A stretch of 64,000 bases of DNA from Promineifilum sp. (GCA_017983515.1 JAGOBF010000012.1:43105-107104); one strand, 5' to 3'; positions 9,667 through 20,240 are shown, counted from the stretch's first letter. The notes: a model not told the origin generated them from the letters alone. Translations and numbers: made by a program.

Positions 9667-11451
9667 CTAACCGGTCTCTCCCTCGGTTGTCTCGGGAGAT
9701 TCTATTACTTCTTCGATTACGGCCGCGACCTTTTCGACGACCGATCCAACGATATTCTTGGCGGCGTCTACCACGCTGCCGGCCGTATCCTGTACTGTGT
9801 CGATGAGCGTCTCGCCGGCTTCCTCGGCCGATTGGGCCGTTTCTTCCACGGCATCGGCCGCGTCGCCGGCCACATCCTCGGCCGTCTCGACGGCCGATTC
9901 GCCGGCATCGGCCGAGTCGCCGGCCATATCCTCGGCCGTCTCGACGACCGAATCGGCGGCATGGGCAGCGGTGTCTACCGCTTCATCGACCGCATCGTCA
10001 GCCGCTTCGACTGTTTCTTCCACGGCATCGGCCGCGTCGCCGGCCATATCCTCGGCCGTCTCGACGACCGAATCGGCGGCGTCGGCAGCGGTGTCTACCG
10101 CTTCATCGACCGCATCGTCAGCCGCTTTGACTGTTTCTTCCATGGCATCGGCCGCATCGCCGGCCATGTCCTCGGCCGTCTCGACGACGGCATCGGCCGC
10201 ATCGGCGGTCGCTGTGGCTTCTTCAGAACCCTCATTATCAACTGGGGCTGATTGGTCTTCCTCTACCTGACGAATCGGGCCGCGCGCGGCCGCGGCCGCC
10301 TCTTCTTCTTCCTGGCGCAACGCTTCGGCGAGCTCTTTCTGGGCCATCCACTCGATCTGTTCTGTCGCCGTCACGGCTTTCAGACTCAAACCGATGCGCT
10401 GGCGTTTCTGATCGATGCTGACCACGCGCAAAAGATGAACTTCGCCTTCCTTGACGACGGCTCGCGGATCTTCGACCGGGTTGCGCGAAAGCTGAGATAT
10501 ATGCAGTAACCCTTCGACGCCCGGCTCGATCTCGGAAAATGCGCCATAGTCGAGGATGCGAGTGATCTTGCCCTCGACCAATTGGTTTTGCACGTAGCGC
10601 TGGGCCACGGTATCCCAAGGATTGGCCAACAACTTCTTGCGGCTCAGGCTGATGCGCCCCGAATCTTTGTCGATGCCGAGCACGAAGACCTCGATCTCGT
10701 CGCCCAGCTTGACGACTTCGCGCGGGTGATCGATCCGATGCCAGGACAGCTCCGAAATGTGGACGAGACCATCCGCGCCGCCGAGATCGACGAACGCTCC
10801 GAAATCGCGCATTCCGCTGACGCGGCCGGTGCGCGTCTCGCCGGCTTGCAATGTTTCCATCAACTCGCCGCGTTTCTTGTCTTCCCACTCTCTTTGGGCC
10901 TCGCGCTGGGACATGACCAGGCGGTGGCGGTGGCGGTCGACTTCAATGATTTTAACGCCGATCGTTTCCCCGCGAACGCGGGCCAGTCGTTGCTGGCGAC
11001 GTCGCTCGCCCATGCCGGGCGTGACGTCACTTAGATGCGAGATGGGCACAAACCCGCGAATGCGGCCGTAGGGCACGATCACGCCACCCTTGTTGTAGCC
11101 GATCACTTCGCCTTCGAAGATCTCTCCGCTGGCTAGCAGGGCTTCGGCTTCGATCCAGTCCTGATTTAGCCGCGCCAGATGGATCGAGACGACCAATGCT
11201 TCCGGGTCTTCGGTTTCGACCACATAGATCGGAACCTCATCGTTCACCTTCAGCGCATCTCGCTCTTCCGGCTCGAGCTTGGCCAGGTCGGACTGTGGCA
11301 CAATCCCGTCACGCTTTAGACCCAGATCGACGATGAGACCTTGCGGCGTGTTCGCCACAATAACGCCCATGCGGATATCCCCCGCTTGGGGCATATCATA
11401 GTCGTGTTGATCTAACAGATCTTCCAGGGAATGCATCGATTCTTCTGACAT
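9667..11451 (-). CDS. rpsA: 30S ribosomal protein S1 (four S1 domains) with long acidic repetitive C-terminal tail; start ATG 11451 or TTG 11490
   Basis: S1 repeats NKGGVIV...[58 protein letters not shown]; co-oriented with infA. Confidence 0.88.
   Translation of the reverse strand: MSEESMHSLEDLLDQHDYDMPQAGDIRMGVIVANTPQGLIVDLGLKRDGIVPQSDLAKLEPEERDALKVNDEVPIYVVETEDPEALVVSIHLARLNQDWIEAEALLASGEIFEGEVIGYNKGGVIVPYGRIRGFVPISHLSDVTPGMGERRRQQRLARVRGETIGVKIIEVDRHRHRLVMSQREAQREWEDKKRGELMETLQAGETRTGRVSGMRDFGAFVDLGGADGLVHISELSWHRIDHPREVVKLGDEIEVFVLGIDKDSGRISLSRKKLLANPWDTVAQRYVQNQLVEGKITRILDYGAFSEIEPGVEGLLHISQLSRNPVEDPRAVVKEGEVHLLRVVSIDQKRQRIGLSLKAVTATEQIEWMAQKELAEALRQEEEEAAAAARGPIRQVEEDQSAPVDNEGSEEATATADAADAVVETAEDMAGDAADAMEETVKAADDAVDEAVDTAADAADSVVETAEDMAGDAADAVEETVEAADDAVDEAVDTAAHAADSVVETAEDMAGDSADAGESAVETAEDVAGDAADAVEETAQSAEEAGETLIDTVQDTAGSVVDAAKNIVGSVVEKVAAVIEEVIESPETTEGETG
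9904..10200 (-). repeat. 120-bp tandem repeat (~2.5 copies) encoding 40-aa A/D/E/V/T-rich units, with degenerate copies to ~9840
   Basis: Lines starting 9901/10021/10141 and 9961/10081 are near-identical at 120-nt period. Confidence 0.93.
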
Positions 11452-11504
11452 ACTATTGTCCTGACGGCTATTAGATTTGCGGGTTTGCAATTCCGTTCAA
11501 CAAT

Positions 11505-11552
11505 AAAAAACTCGGCCCATGTGATGCGCTTGGTCGCAACAGATGGCCGAGT
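11505..11552 (-). terminator. Intrinsic terminator-like hairpin in the S1 leader
   Basis: Minus strand CTCGGCC-ATCTGTTGCG ACCAAG CGCATCACATG-GGCCGAG followed by TTTTTT, ~50 nt before the S1 ATG. Confidence 0.72.
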
Positions 11553-11736
11553 CACAATGGCGATATCGCTCGCAAAAGCGTGATCGCGAATAACACAGGG
11601 CGGCCGACTATGCCCAATCCCGAGAGACTATTGGAGTCATTATTGGGAAACCCATATCAGTACGCACGAGTCGTATTTTGTGGTTTCGACAATCGCTTCC
11701 AAGCCGTCCAACCCTAACCCACTCAGCCAACTCCCA

Positions 11737-11764
11737 ATTATAGCATGAAGGGCTAGAGTGTCAA
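11737..11764 (-). promoter_or_regulatory. Consensus sigma70/SigA promoter for the S1-infA leader
   Basis: Minus strand TTGACA-16 nt-TATAAT with extended -10 TG. Confidence 0.88.
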
Positions 11765-11814
11765 TCCGGGATCAGGACGCTGCGACGCCGTCACTGTTGG
11801 TGCGCGGACCACTC

Positions 11815-12684
11815 TCAAAGGCTGAGCGCGATTCGGTTGCGAATCGCGCCGATGCCCTCGATGGCGCATTCCACCACGTCGCCCGGCCGCAGGAACACCG
11901 GCGGCTTCATGGCGAATCCAACGCCGCTGGGCGTGCCTGTGGCGATGATGTCACCGGGCAGCAGGGTCATGCCGCGCGAGAGATGGCCGATGATAGTCGG
12001 GATATCAAAGGTCATTGTCTCGTTCGCGCTATCCTGACGCAACTCGCCGTTGACCCGGCAGGTGATGCGCAGCGCGTAGGGATCGGGCACTTCATCGGCG
12101 GTGACGATCACCGGCCCGATAGGGCAGCTTCCGTCGAGGCTCTTGCCCTTGAAAAACTGTTTGTGCAGCGTTTGCAAGTCGCGGGCGGTCACGTCGTTCA
12201 GTACCGTGTAGCCAAAGACGGCGGCCAGCGCTTCTTCACGGGTCGCGTTCTTAACACGCCGGCCGATGATAACCGCCAATTCGGCCTCGTAGTCGATCTT
12301 CTCCGACACGGCAGCATCGTAGGGAATATCGCCATAAGGGCTGTTGATGCAGGTCGTCGCTTTGGTGAAGATGACTGGGTAGTCGATCGCCTCCATCTTT
12401 TCGCCGCGCGCCTCATAGGACTCGCGGGTGTGCTCGGCGTAATTTTTGCCCACGCACATGGCGTTGCGGCGTGGTTTGTGGATGGGGGCCAGCAGCTTGA
12501 CGTCGGCCAGGGAGAGCGAGTCAACGGCCGCGTCGGCCATCTGCTGGGCCTGGGCCAGCCCCGGCGCGCCCATCTCGATAAATGCAACCATATCCGGCGC
12601 CAGGTACGAAAGGTTGATAATCCTATCTTCGCGCTGCAGACCGATGCCAATTTGCCCGGCCTGTTCAAAGGTCACTAGTTTCAC
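11815..12684 (-). CDS. Fumarylacetoacetate hydrolase family protein
   Basis: CVGKNYAEH, DYEAELAVIIG, NDVTARDLQ, GKSLD, PGDIIATGTPSGVG. Confidence 0.94.
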   Translation of the reverse strand: MKLVTFEQAGQIGIGLQREDRIINLSYLAPDMVAFIEMGAPGLAQAQQMADAAVDSLSLADVKLLAPIHKPRRNAMCVGKNYAEHTRESYEARGEKMEAIDYPVIFTKATTCINSPYGDIPYDAAVSEKIDYEAELAVIIGRRVKNATREEALAAVFGYTVLNDVTARDLQTLHKQFFKGKSLDGSCPIGPVIVTADEVPDPYALRITCRVNGELRQDSANETMTFDIPTIIGHLSRGMTLLPGDIIATGTPSGVGFAMKPPVFLRPGDVVECAIEGIGAIRNRIALSL

Positions 12685-12878
12685 GCCATACTCCTGTGGT
12701 CGAAATGATTAGCGCCGCCATTGTGGTGGCACGCTCGTGCACTAAATTCTACATCGCTCTCGCCCTTCGGTGGAATATTCCTCCGTGTTTTGGGTTCAGC
12801 GAGCCAATCGTCATCCATAGAAACCGGGGTCGGTGCGGTGTGGGCCAAAGACGTTGGGACGGCAAGTGAGTCCCAAAA

Positions 12879-12892
12879 AGAACGGATGTTCT
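12879..12892 (+). promoter_or_regulatory. Putative LexA (SOS) box upstream of priA
   Basis: AGAACGGATGTTCT = GAAC-N4-GTTC with A/T flanks, ~30 nt before priA ATG and at the -35 position relative to TACAAT (12909-12914). Confidence 0.68.
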
Positions 12893-12921
12893 AATTTGAC
12901 TGTTGAGATACAATAGGAGAT

Positions 12922-15900
12922 ATGTCTACCGGCCATTATGCCGAGGTTGTCGTCAATATCGAGACGGCGATCTCCGACGCCTATCATTACCATATCCCCG
13001 CCGACATGCGGTCATTGCTAGAGGTGGGTCACCTCGTCGAGGTCGAGTTCGGCCGCCGGCTGGCTCAGGGCGTCGTCGTGGGCCTGGCCGATTCGGCCCC
13101 GGTGGAGGAGACCAAGCCCGTCATTAGCCTGATCGCTCCTGAGCCGGTGCTCTGGATGTGGCAGATTGAGCTGGCACGGTGGTTGAGTCGCCGCTATCTG
13201 GCTCCGCTCAATGCCTGCTTGCGCCTGCTGTTGCCGCCGGGCCTGACGCGCTGGGCCGACGCCGTGTATGACGTCAATCCCTACTGGTCGGGCGACGGCC
13301 GATTAACCGACGTCCAGCAGCAACTGGTCGACCTTCTGCGAGCGCGGGGCGATCTGCGCAGCCGGCAGATCGGCCGGGTGATCAAAGGCAAAAAGTGGTC
13401 GGCGGCGGCCACCCAACTGGTCAATCGCGGCATCTTGCGCCGCGCCTCGGTGCTCGATCCACCCCGCGTGCGGCCAAAACACGTGCGCACGGTGGAGCTG
13501 ATCGCCGGGCCTAAGCGCGTTTTTGCCGGCGCGGCCCAACTGGGGCGGGCGAGCAAAGCGGCCGATATTCTTCACTATCTGGTCGATCTGGCCGATCCCT
13601 TGCCGGAGGAAGCCGAGGTCCTGGACAACACCGGTACGTCGGTTAAGTACCTCAAGAAATTGGTCGATGAGGGACTCATAACCCGCTTGCCCGCGGCCGA
13701 AATCGTGGCGCCGTCACCGACCAAGGAGATACCGGCCGACCAGGCAGAGCTTATCGCCCAACTGCCGCTGCCGCCGGACGAATTGCCGCACCCCGAGTAC
13801 CTGTCGCATTGGTTGGATGCCGGGTGGGCGCGCATCGAAGCTCAGCCTGCGCTGATCAGTCTGGCGGTTCCCAGGCGGCGGGTCGTAGGCCATGTGTTAC
13901 GTTTGCGCGGGGCCGAGATCTATGGACGCATCCTGGCCGTGCTGGCCCGAGAAGCGCGGGCCGTGCCCATCGGCGAGATATACGAGGCAACCGGGGCAAA
14001 TCTCAGTCATCTGCGGCGATTGGCAGAACTGGACCTGGTGCGGCTGGGCGACGAGCACGTCTGGCGCGACTCGTTGGCCGATCGCGACTTTGCTCCCGCC
14101 GACCCGCCGGAGCTAACCCTCGACCAGGCCCGCGTCTGGGGCCGCATCAAGGTGGCCATGATCGAGGCCTCCGAGGCTGGGGATTGGAATGATAACGAGG
14201 ACGATGGGCATGAGGAGAGTGCGGGCGAAGCGCGGGTCGACGGCGACGGCTCGACCGACCCCCTGGACGCCGCCACGCCGTTTCTTCTCCATGGCGTTAC
14301 CGGCAGCGGTAAAACGGAAATCTATATGCGCGCTATCGAGTTCGCGCTGGCGCGAGGCCAACAAGCCATCGTCATGGTGCCGGAGATCGCCCTGACGCCG
14401 CAGACGGTGCGTCGGTTTGCGGCGCGCTTCCCCGGCCGGGTGGCGGTGCTGCACAGTGCCCTCTCCGACGGCGAGCGCTATGACACGTGGCGACGGGCGC
14501 GGCAGGGGTTGTTCGACATCGTCATCGGCCCCCGCAGCGCACTCTTCACACCACTGCCCAACCTGGGGGTGATCGTGTTGGACGAGGAGCACGACGGGAG
14601 CTATAAGCAAACGCCGCCCGTGCCGCCGCCCTACTATCATGCCCGCGAGGCGGCCATCGCTCTGGCGGGTTTCACCGGAGCCATCGTCATTCTGGGCAGC
14701 GCCACGCCGGACGTCGTCACCTACCATCGGGCACAAGCCGGGCGCTACCAGTTGCTCGAACTGCCCAAGCGTATCATGGGACATCGCCGGCGCATCGAGA
14801 GCCAGGCCGAGCGGCTGCAAATCGCCAGCCGCTACCGGCCGTTGTCGGCCGGCGGCGAAGGCCAGGACATTCTGATGATGGATGAGGCCCTGACCATCCC
14901 TTTGCCGCCCATCCAACTGGTGGATATGCGCCAGGAATTGCGCGCCGGAAACCGCTCGGTGTTTAGTCGAGCGTTGGATGCGGCGATTAGCGAGACGTTG
15001 AGCCGCGGGGAGCAGAGCATCCTCTTCCTGAACCGGCGCGGGTCGGCCACATTCGTGAATTGTCGCGATTGCGGCCACGTCATGAACTGCCCGAATTGCG
15101 GCATTCCCCTCACTTATCATCAGCCCAACATGATGCTCGTTTGTCACCAGTGCGGTCGTCGTGAAGCCCAGCCTCACGTTTGCCCGAACTGCGGTTCGGA
15201 TCGTATCCGCTATTTCGGACTGGGCACCGAGAAACTGGCCGAAATGGTGCGCGAGCGATGGCCGGAAGCGCGGCTGGTGCGCTGGGATCGCGATACTACC
15301 AGCGAAGAGGGATCGCACGAGGCGCTGTTGGCGGGGTTCATCAATCGGGAGTCCGATATCCTGGTCGGGACGCAGATGATCGCCAAGGGGCTGGACCTGC
15401 CGTTCGTCACGTTGGTCGGCGTCATATCGGCTGATATCAGTCTGGGGCTGCCAGACTACAATACGGGCGAGCGGGCCTTTCAGGTGTTGGCCCAGGTAGC
15501 GGGGCGGGCGGGACGGGGCTTGCTGGGCGGCCGCGTGGTGGTTCAGACCTACAATCCGGAGCACTATGCCGTGCGGTCGGCGGCCGACCACGACTACGCC
15601 GGCTTCTACGTCGAGGAGATACGCTTCCGCACCCGCCAGGGATTACCCCCGTTCCGGCGCATGGTTCGCCTGCTGATCAATGACCCGATAAACGAGCGGG
15701 CCGAACGGTTGGCCCGCGAGATGGCCCAACGCTTGAAGATGACCGTCCACGAGCGTTCGCTGGCGGCGACTGACGTATTAGGGCCGACGCCGGCGTTCTT
15801 CACCCGGCTCGACGGCCGCTATCGCTGGCACATCGTCGTTCACACGCCCGACCCTTATCGCCTGTTGCAGGGCATCGCCATTCCCAAACCCTGGATCGTC

Positions 15901-15927
15901 GACATCGACCCGGAAAGCACGCTATAG
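12922..15927 (+). CDS. priA: Primosomal protein N' (replication restart helicase PriA)
   Basis: GVTGSGKTE, VPEIALT, DEEH, GSATP, four CxxC (CRDC/CPNC/CHQC/CPNC), GTQMIAKGLD, QVAGRAGR, DIDP end. Confidence 0.96.
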   Translation: MSTGHYAEVVVNIETAISDAYHYHIPADMRSLLEVGHLVEVEFGRRLAQGVVVGLADSAPVEETKPVISLIAPEPVLWMWQIELARWLSRRYLAPLNACLRLLLPPGLTRWADAVYDVNPYWSGDGRLTDVQQQLVDLLRARGDLRSRQIGRVIKGKKWSAAATQLVNRGILRRASVLDPPRVRPKHVRTVELIAGPKRVFAGAAQLGRASKAADILHYLVDLADPLPEEAEVLDNTGTSVKYLKKLVDEGLITRLPAAEIVAPSPTKEIPADQAELIAQLPLPPDELPHPEYLSHWLDAGWARIEAQPALISLAVPRRRVVGHVLRLRGAEIYGRILAVLAREARAVPIGEIYEATGANLSHLRRLAELDLVRLGDEHVWRDSLADRDFAPADPPELTLDQARVWGRIKVAMIEASEAGDWNDNEDDGHEESAGEARVDGDGSTDPLDAATPFLLHGVTGSGKTEIYMRAIEFALARGQQAIVMVPEIALTPQTVRRFAARFPGRVAVLHSALSDGERYDTWRRARQGLFDIVIGPRSALFTPLPNLGVIVLDEEHDGSYKQTPPVPPPYYHAREAAIALAGFTGAIVILGSATPDVVTYHRAQAGRYQLLELPKRIMGHRRRIESQAERLQIASRYRPLSAGGEGQDILMMDEALTIPLPPIQLVDMRQELRAGNRSVFSRALDAAISETLSRGEQSILFLNRRGSATFVNCRDCGHVMNCPNCGIPLTYHQPNMMLVCHQCGRREAQPHVCPNCGSDRIRYFGLGTEKLAEMVRERWPEARLVRWDRDTTSEEGSHEALLAGFINRESDILVGTQMIAKGLDLPFVTLVGVISADISLGLPDYNTGERAFQVLAQVAGRAGRGLLGGRVVVQTYNPEHYAVRSAADHDYAGFYVEEIRFRTRQGLPPFRRMVRLLINDPINERAERLAREMAQRLKMTVHERSLAATDVLGPTPAFFTRLDGRYRWHIVVHTPDPYRLLQGIAIPKPWIVDIDPESTL

Positions 15928-15970
15928 AATTGGCGAGTTGGCTGTATTGGACTCCTCAGGCTATTTTATA

Positions 15971-16042
15971 TGTCCCCGCACGGACTCGAACCATGATCTA
16001 TCGCTTAGGAGGCGATTGCTCTATCCATTGAGCTACGAGGAC
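15971..16042 (-). tRNA. tRNA-Arg (anticodon CCT), CCA not encoded
   Basis: GTCCTCG acceptor/CGGGGAC-A, D arm GCTCAATGGATAGAGC, anticodon arm ATCGC-CTCCTAA-GCGAT, T arm CATGG-TTCGAGT-CCGTG. Confidence 0.96.
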
Positions 16043-16082
16043 ATGTAGATGAATTTTAACCAAAACAGGGCCGCGTGACGAC

Positions 16083-16511
16083 TTGAGCAGACCCATACCC
16101 TACCTGCCCTTTTTCGTCTATGGTACGTTGCTGCCGGGCGAGATAAATTTTGGCCTGTGGCGCGAGGCGATTGATGACATGCGGCCGGCAATTCTGGTCG
16201 GGGCACGCCTGTATGACCTGGGCTATTTTCCGATGGCGCTTGAGGCTGGGCAAGGGGAGCTGCGCGGGGTGGTCGCCTGGGTCAGGCCGTCGTCGTATGT
16301 GGCGGCCCTTTCTCTGCTCGATCAACTGGAGGGCGTTGCTCTGTCGTGGGGCAGGCCGGGGTATCGGCGGGTGCGCCGCATCGTGCGATCAACCGGCGAC
16401 TCTACGCTCGTGGCCTGGGTCTACTTGGGCTACGAAGCGGTGGTTGTCAACTTGAAACCCATCGCTTTAGACTGGAAGCGACACAAGCGCGAAGTTGTTA
16501 ACGCCTTGTAA
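16083..16511 (+). CDS. Gamma-glutamylcyclotransferase (AIG2-like) family protein
   Basis: FFVYGTL, LDQLEG, YRR and AWVY motifs. Confidence 0.82.
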   Translation: MSRPIPYLPFFVYGTLLPGEINFGLWREAIDDMRPAILVGARLYDLGYFPMALEAGQGELRGVVAWVRPSSYVAALSLLDQLEGVALSWGRPGYRRVRRIVRSTGDSTLVAWVYLGYEAVVVNLKPIALDWKRHKREVVNAL

Positions 16512-16718
16512 ATTGGTTGCCTTGCGGCCGGTTCCCTGTAGTATTAAGCGAATACTCCCACTGTATTGTACACTCACACTGTAAAGAGAATCCTCGAACG
16601 CCCTCCGAAAGAAAACGCGCACCTCTAGCGGAGCTTGATAACCAGGCGGTGGAGCAATGTCGATCCTCAAGGGGATTCTGATTGAAGTAATCATGTTGAA
16701 ATCAATGGTAGGCATCAG

Positions 16719-18956
16719 ATGAAAAGAATAGCTGTCCTAACAAGCGGCGGAGATGCGCCGGGCATGAATGCCGCGCTGCGCGCTGTGGTGCGTACCGGAC
16801 TTAATAGCGGTCTGGAAATTTTGGCTATCTATGAAGGCTTTGCGGGGATGGTAGAAGGCGGCGAACGCATCCGCCCCCTGACGTGGGGCGACGTGGGCGG
16901 TATTTTGCATTTGGGCGGCACGATCATCGGCACGGCCCGCTGCAGCGAGTTTCGTGAGCGGCCCGGCCGGCTTCGGGCTGTCAGAAATTTGCTGTTGCAC
17001 GAGATCGAGGGCCTGATCGTTATCGGCGGCGACGGCAGCCTGACCGGTGCGGCGCTGCTGCATGATGAATGGGATGGGCTGGTCAAGGAACTGGTTGATT
17101 CCGGACAGGCTAGCAAGAAGTCGGCCGCGCGTGCCAAGGGCTTACCCGTGGTCGGCATTATCGGCTCCATCGATAACGATATGTTCGGCTCCGACATCAC
17201 GACCGGCGCGGACACCGCCCTGCATCGCATTGTCGATGCGACTGATGCCATCTCCAGCACGGCCGCCAGCCATCAGCGGAGTTTTGTAGTCGAAGTCATG
17301 GGTCGCAATTGTGGCTATCTGGCCTTGATGGGCGCTATGGCCTCCGGCGCCGATTGGGTGTTGATTCCCGAGGCGCCGCCGGACGTGGACGACTGGGAAG
17401 CGAAGATGTGCGAGATGCTGCAAAAAGGACGCCGGATGGGACGGCGTGACAGCACGGTTATCGTCGCTGAGGGCGCACGCGATCGCAACGGTAAACCGAT
17501 CACCAGTCGTCATGTCAAAGAGGTGCTGGAACAGCGCCTGAATGAAGATGTACGCATCACCGTGCTGGGTCATGTGCAGCGAGGTGGTTCCCCCAGCGCC
17601 TTTGACCGCAATCTGAGTACGCTGTTGGGCGTCGAGGCGATCGAGGCCATTGTCGCTATGGGCGCGGGCGATGCGCCGCTGGTGGTTGGCATGCAGGGCA
17701 ACGAGATCACCCGTACCCCTTTGCTAATCGCGCTGGAAAAGACAAAGGCCGTGGCCGATGCCGTAGCCGCCAAGCGTTTTGATGAAGCGCTGGCGCTGCG
17801 CGGGCCAACGTTCAGTCGATCATTCCACGTGGTGCGTACCCTTGTGCGCGCTTCGCCACACCCGCCCGCGCCCGACCAACGCCGCTTGCGCATCGCCATC
17901 GTCCACGGCGGGGGGCCGGCGCCGGGGATGAACACGGCCGCCCGCGCGGCCGTGCGAATCGGAATTGATCGCGGTCACATCATGCTTGGCGTTCACAACG
18001 CCTTCCGGGGGCTGATTCACAATGAGGTTGAAGAGCTTTCCTGGATGAGTGTGAACGGCTGGGCCCCTCGTGGGGGGTCGGAACTGGGCACCAACCGGAC
18101 GATCCCCAAAGGGCGTGAGCTGTACGCCATCGCGCGCACGCTGGAAGAAAAGCAGATCGACGGCCTCCTGATGATCGGCGGTTGGTCGGGCTATCAGGGG
18201 ATACTGGAACTATACAGCCAGCGCAAGAACTACCCCGCCTTTGACATCCCTATGATTTGCCTGCCGGCCACGATCAATAATAACTTGCCGGGAACGGAAT
18301 TGAGCGTTGGAGCGGATACGGCACTCAATAGCATCATATCGGCCGTGGACAAGATCAAGCAATCGGCCGTGGCCTCGCAGCGAGCGTTCATCGTGGAAGT
18401 AATGGGCTACTATTGCGGCTATCTGGCGCTGATGGGAGCCTTGGCGACCGGAGCGGAGCGCGTCTACCTCCATGAGGAAGGCGTTTCGATGAATGATCTC
18501 GTGGCCGATGTGGAGGAGTTCCGCAGCGCCTTTGAGCGCGGCAAGCGCCTGGGCCTGATCATTCGCAACGAAATGGCTAACGAAGTATATACGACGAATT
18601 TCATGCGCCTGTTATTCGAGGAAGAGGGCGGTGAGCTATTTGACGTACGTCAAGCCATTTTGGGCCACCTGCAACAGGGAGGATCACCGTCGCCTTTCGA
18701 CCGCATTTTCGCCACGCGTTTGGGTGTGAATTGCATCGATTTTCTGGAGGACCACATCACGCGCCACATCACGGCCGGCGTGTGCATCGGTCAGATTCGG
18801 GGCGAGATCGAGTACACCGATCTCGACGACATCTCACGCCTCATGGATTACGAACATAGCCGCCCGCTGCGACAGTGGTGGATGGACTTGCGGCCGCTCG
18901 CCCGTCTCTTGGCTCATCAGGACGTGACGATGCCGGACGACGGCCAAACGGGATAG
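16719..18956 (+). CDS. pfk: ATP-dependent 6-phosphofructokinase, eukaryote-type (tandem catalytic + regulatory halves)
   Basis: N-half TSGGDAPGMN, GGDGS, GSIDND, MGRNCG, GHVQRGG; C-half GGPAPGMN, PATINNN, GHLQQGG, QWW. Confidence 0.93.
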   Translation: MKRIAVLTSGGDAPGMNAALRAVVRTGLNSGLEILAIYEGFAGMVEGGERIRPLTWGDVGGILHLGGTIIGTARCSEFRERPGRLRAVRNLLLHEIEGLIVIGGDGSLTGAALLHDEWDGLVKELVDSGQASKKSAARAKGLPVVGIIGSIDNDMFGSDITTGADTALHRIVDATDAISSTAASHQRSFVVEVMGRNCGYLALMGAMASGADWVLIPEAPPDVDDWEAKMCEMLQKGRRMGRRDSTVIVAEGARDRNGKPITSRHVKEVLEQRLNEDVRITVLGHVQRGGSPSAFDRNLSTLLGVEAIEAIVAMGAGDAPLVVGMQGNEITRTPLLIALEKTKAVADAVAAKRFDEALALRGPTFSRSFHVVRTLVRASPHPPAPDQRRLRIAIVHGGGPAPGMNTAARAAVRIGIDRGHIMLGVHNAFRGLIHNEVEELSWMSVNGWAPRGGSELGTNRTIPKGRELYAIARTLEEKQIDGLLMIGGWSGYQGILELYSQRKNYPAFDIPMICLPATINNNLPGTELSVGADTALNSIISAVDKIKQSAVASQRAFIVEVMGYYCGYLALMGALATGAERVYLHEEGVSMNDLVADVEEFRSAFERGKRLGLIIRNEMANEVYTTNFMRLLFEEEGGELFDVRQAILGHLQQGGSPSPFDRIFATRLGVNCIDFLEDHITRHITAGVCIGQIRGEIEYTDLDDISRLMDYEHSRPLRQWWMDLRPLARLLAHQDVTMPDDGQTG

Positions 18957-19006
18957 TTCGTGTATAGTACGAGACATCATTCATCAATTCAAGGAGATTG
19001 ATTGGC

Positions 19007-20173
<1,167 letters not shown>

Positions 20174-20202
20174 TTCCTGTTTTGTTCATCTGCTACGAGA
20201 GC

Positions 20203-20240
20203 GGCGCGGTACATCCGGGGTGATGTACCGCGCCTTTTTT
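20203..20240 (+). terminator. Intrinsic terminator after the pfk pair
   Basis: GGCGCGGTACATC-loop-GATGTACCGCGCC then TTTTTT. Confidence 0.9.

Noticed and set aside
9840-10200. Tandem repeat considered as a CRISPR array
   Set aside because: In-frame coding repeat without unique spacers and no cas genes
11708-11720. Telomere-like GGGTTAGGG and a TCCAACCCT 9-mer shared with the second S1 promoter spacer
   Set aside because: Opposite orientation relative to transcription and too short to exceed chance; G-quadruplex unsupported
15928-16082. tRNA-Arg as an integration site (also tRNA-Pro at 43130)
   Set aside because: No integrase, no duplicated tRNA 3' end seen, flanks are housekeeping genes
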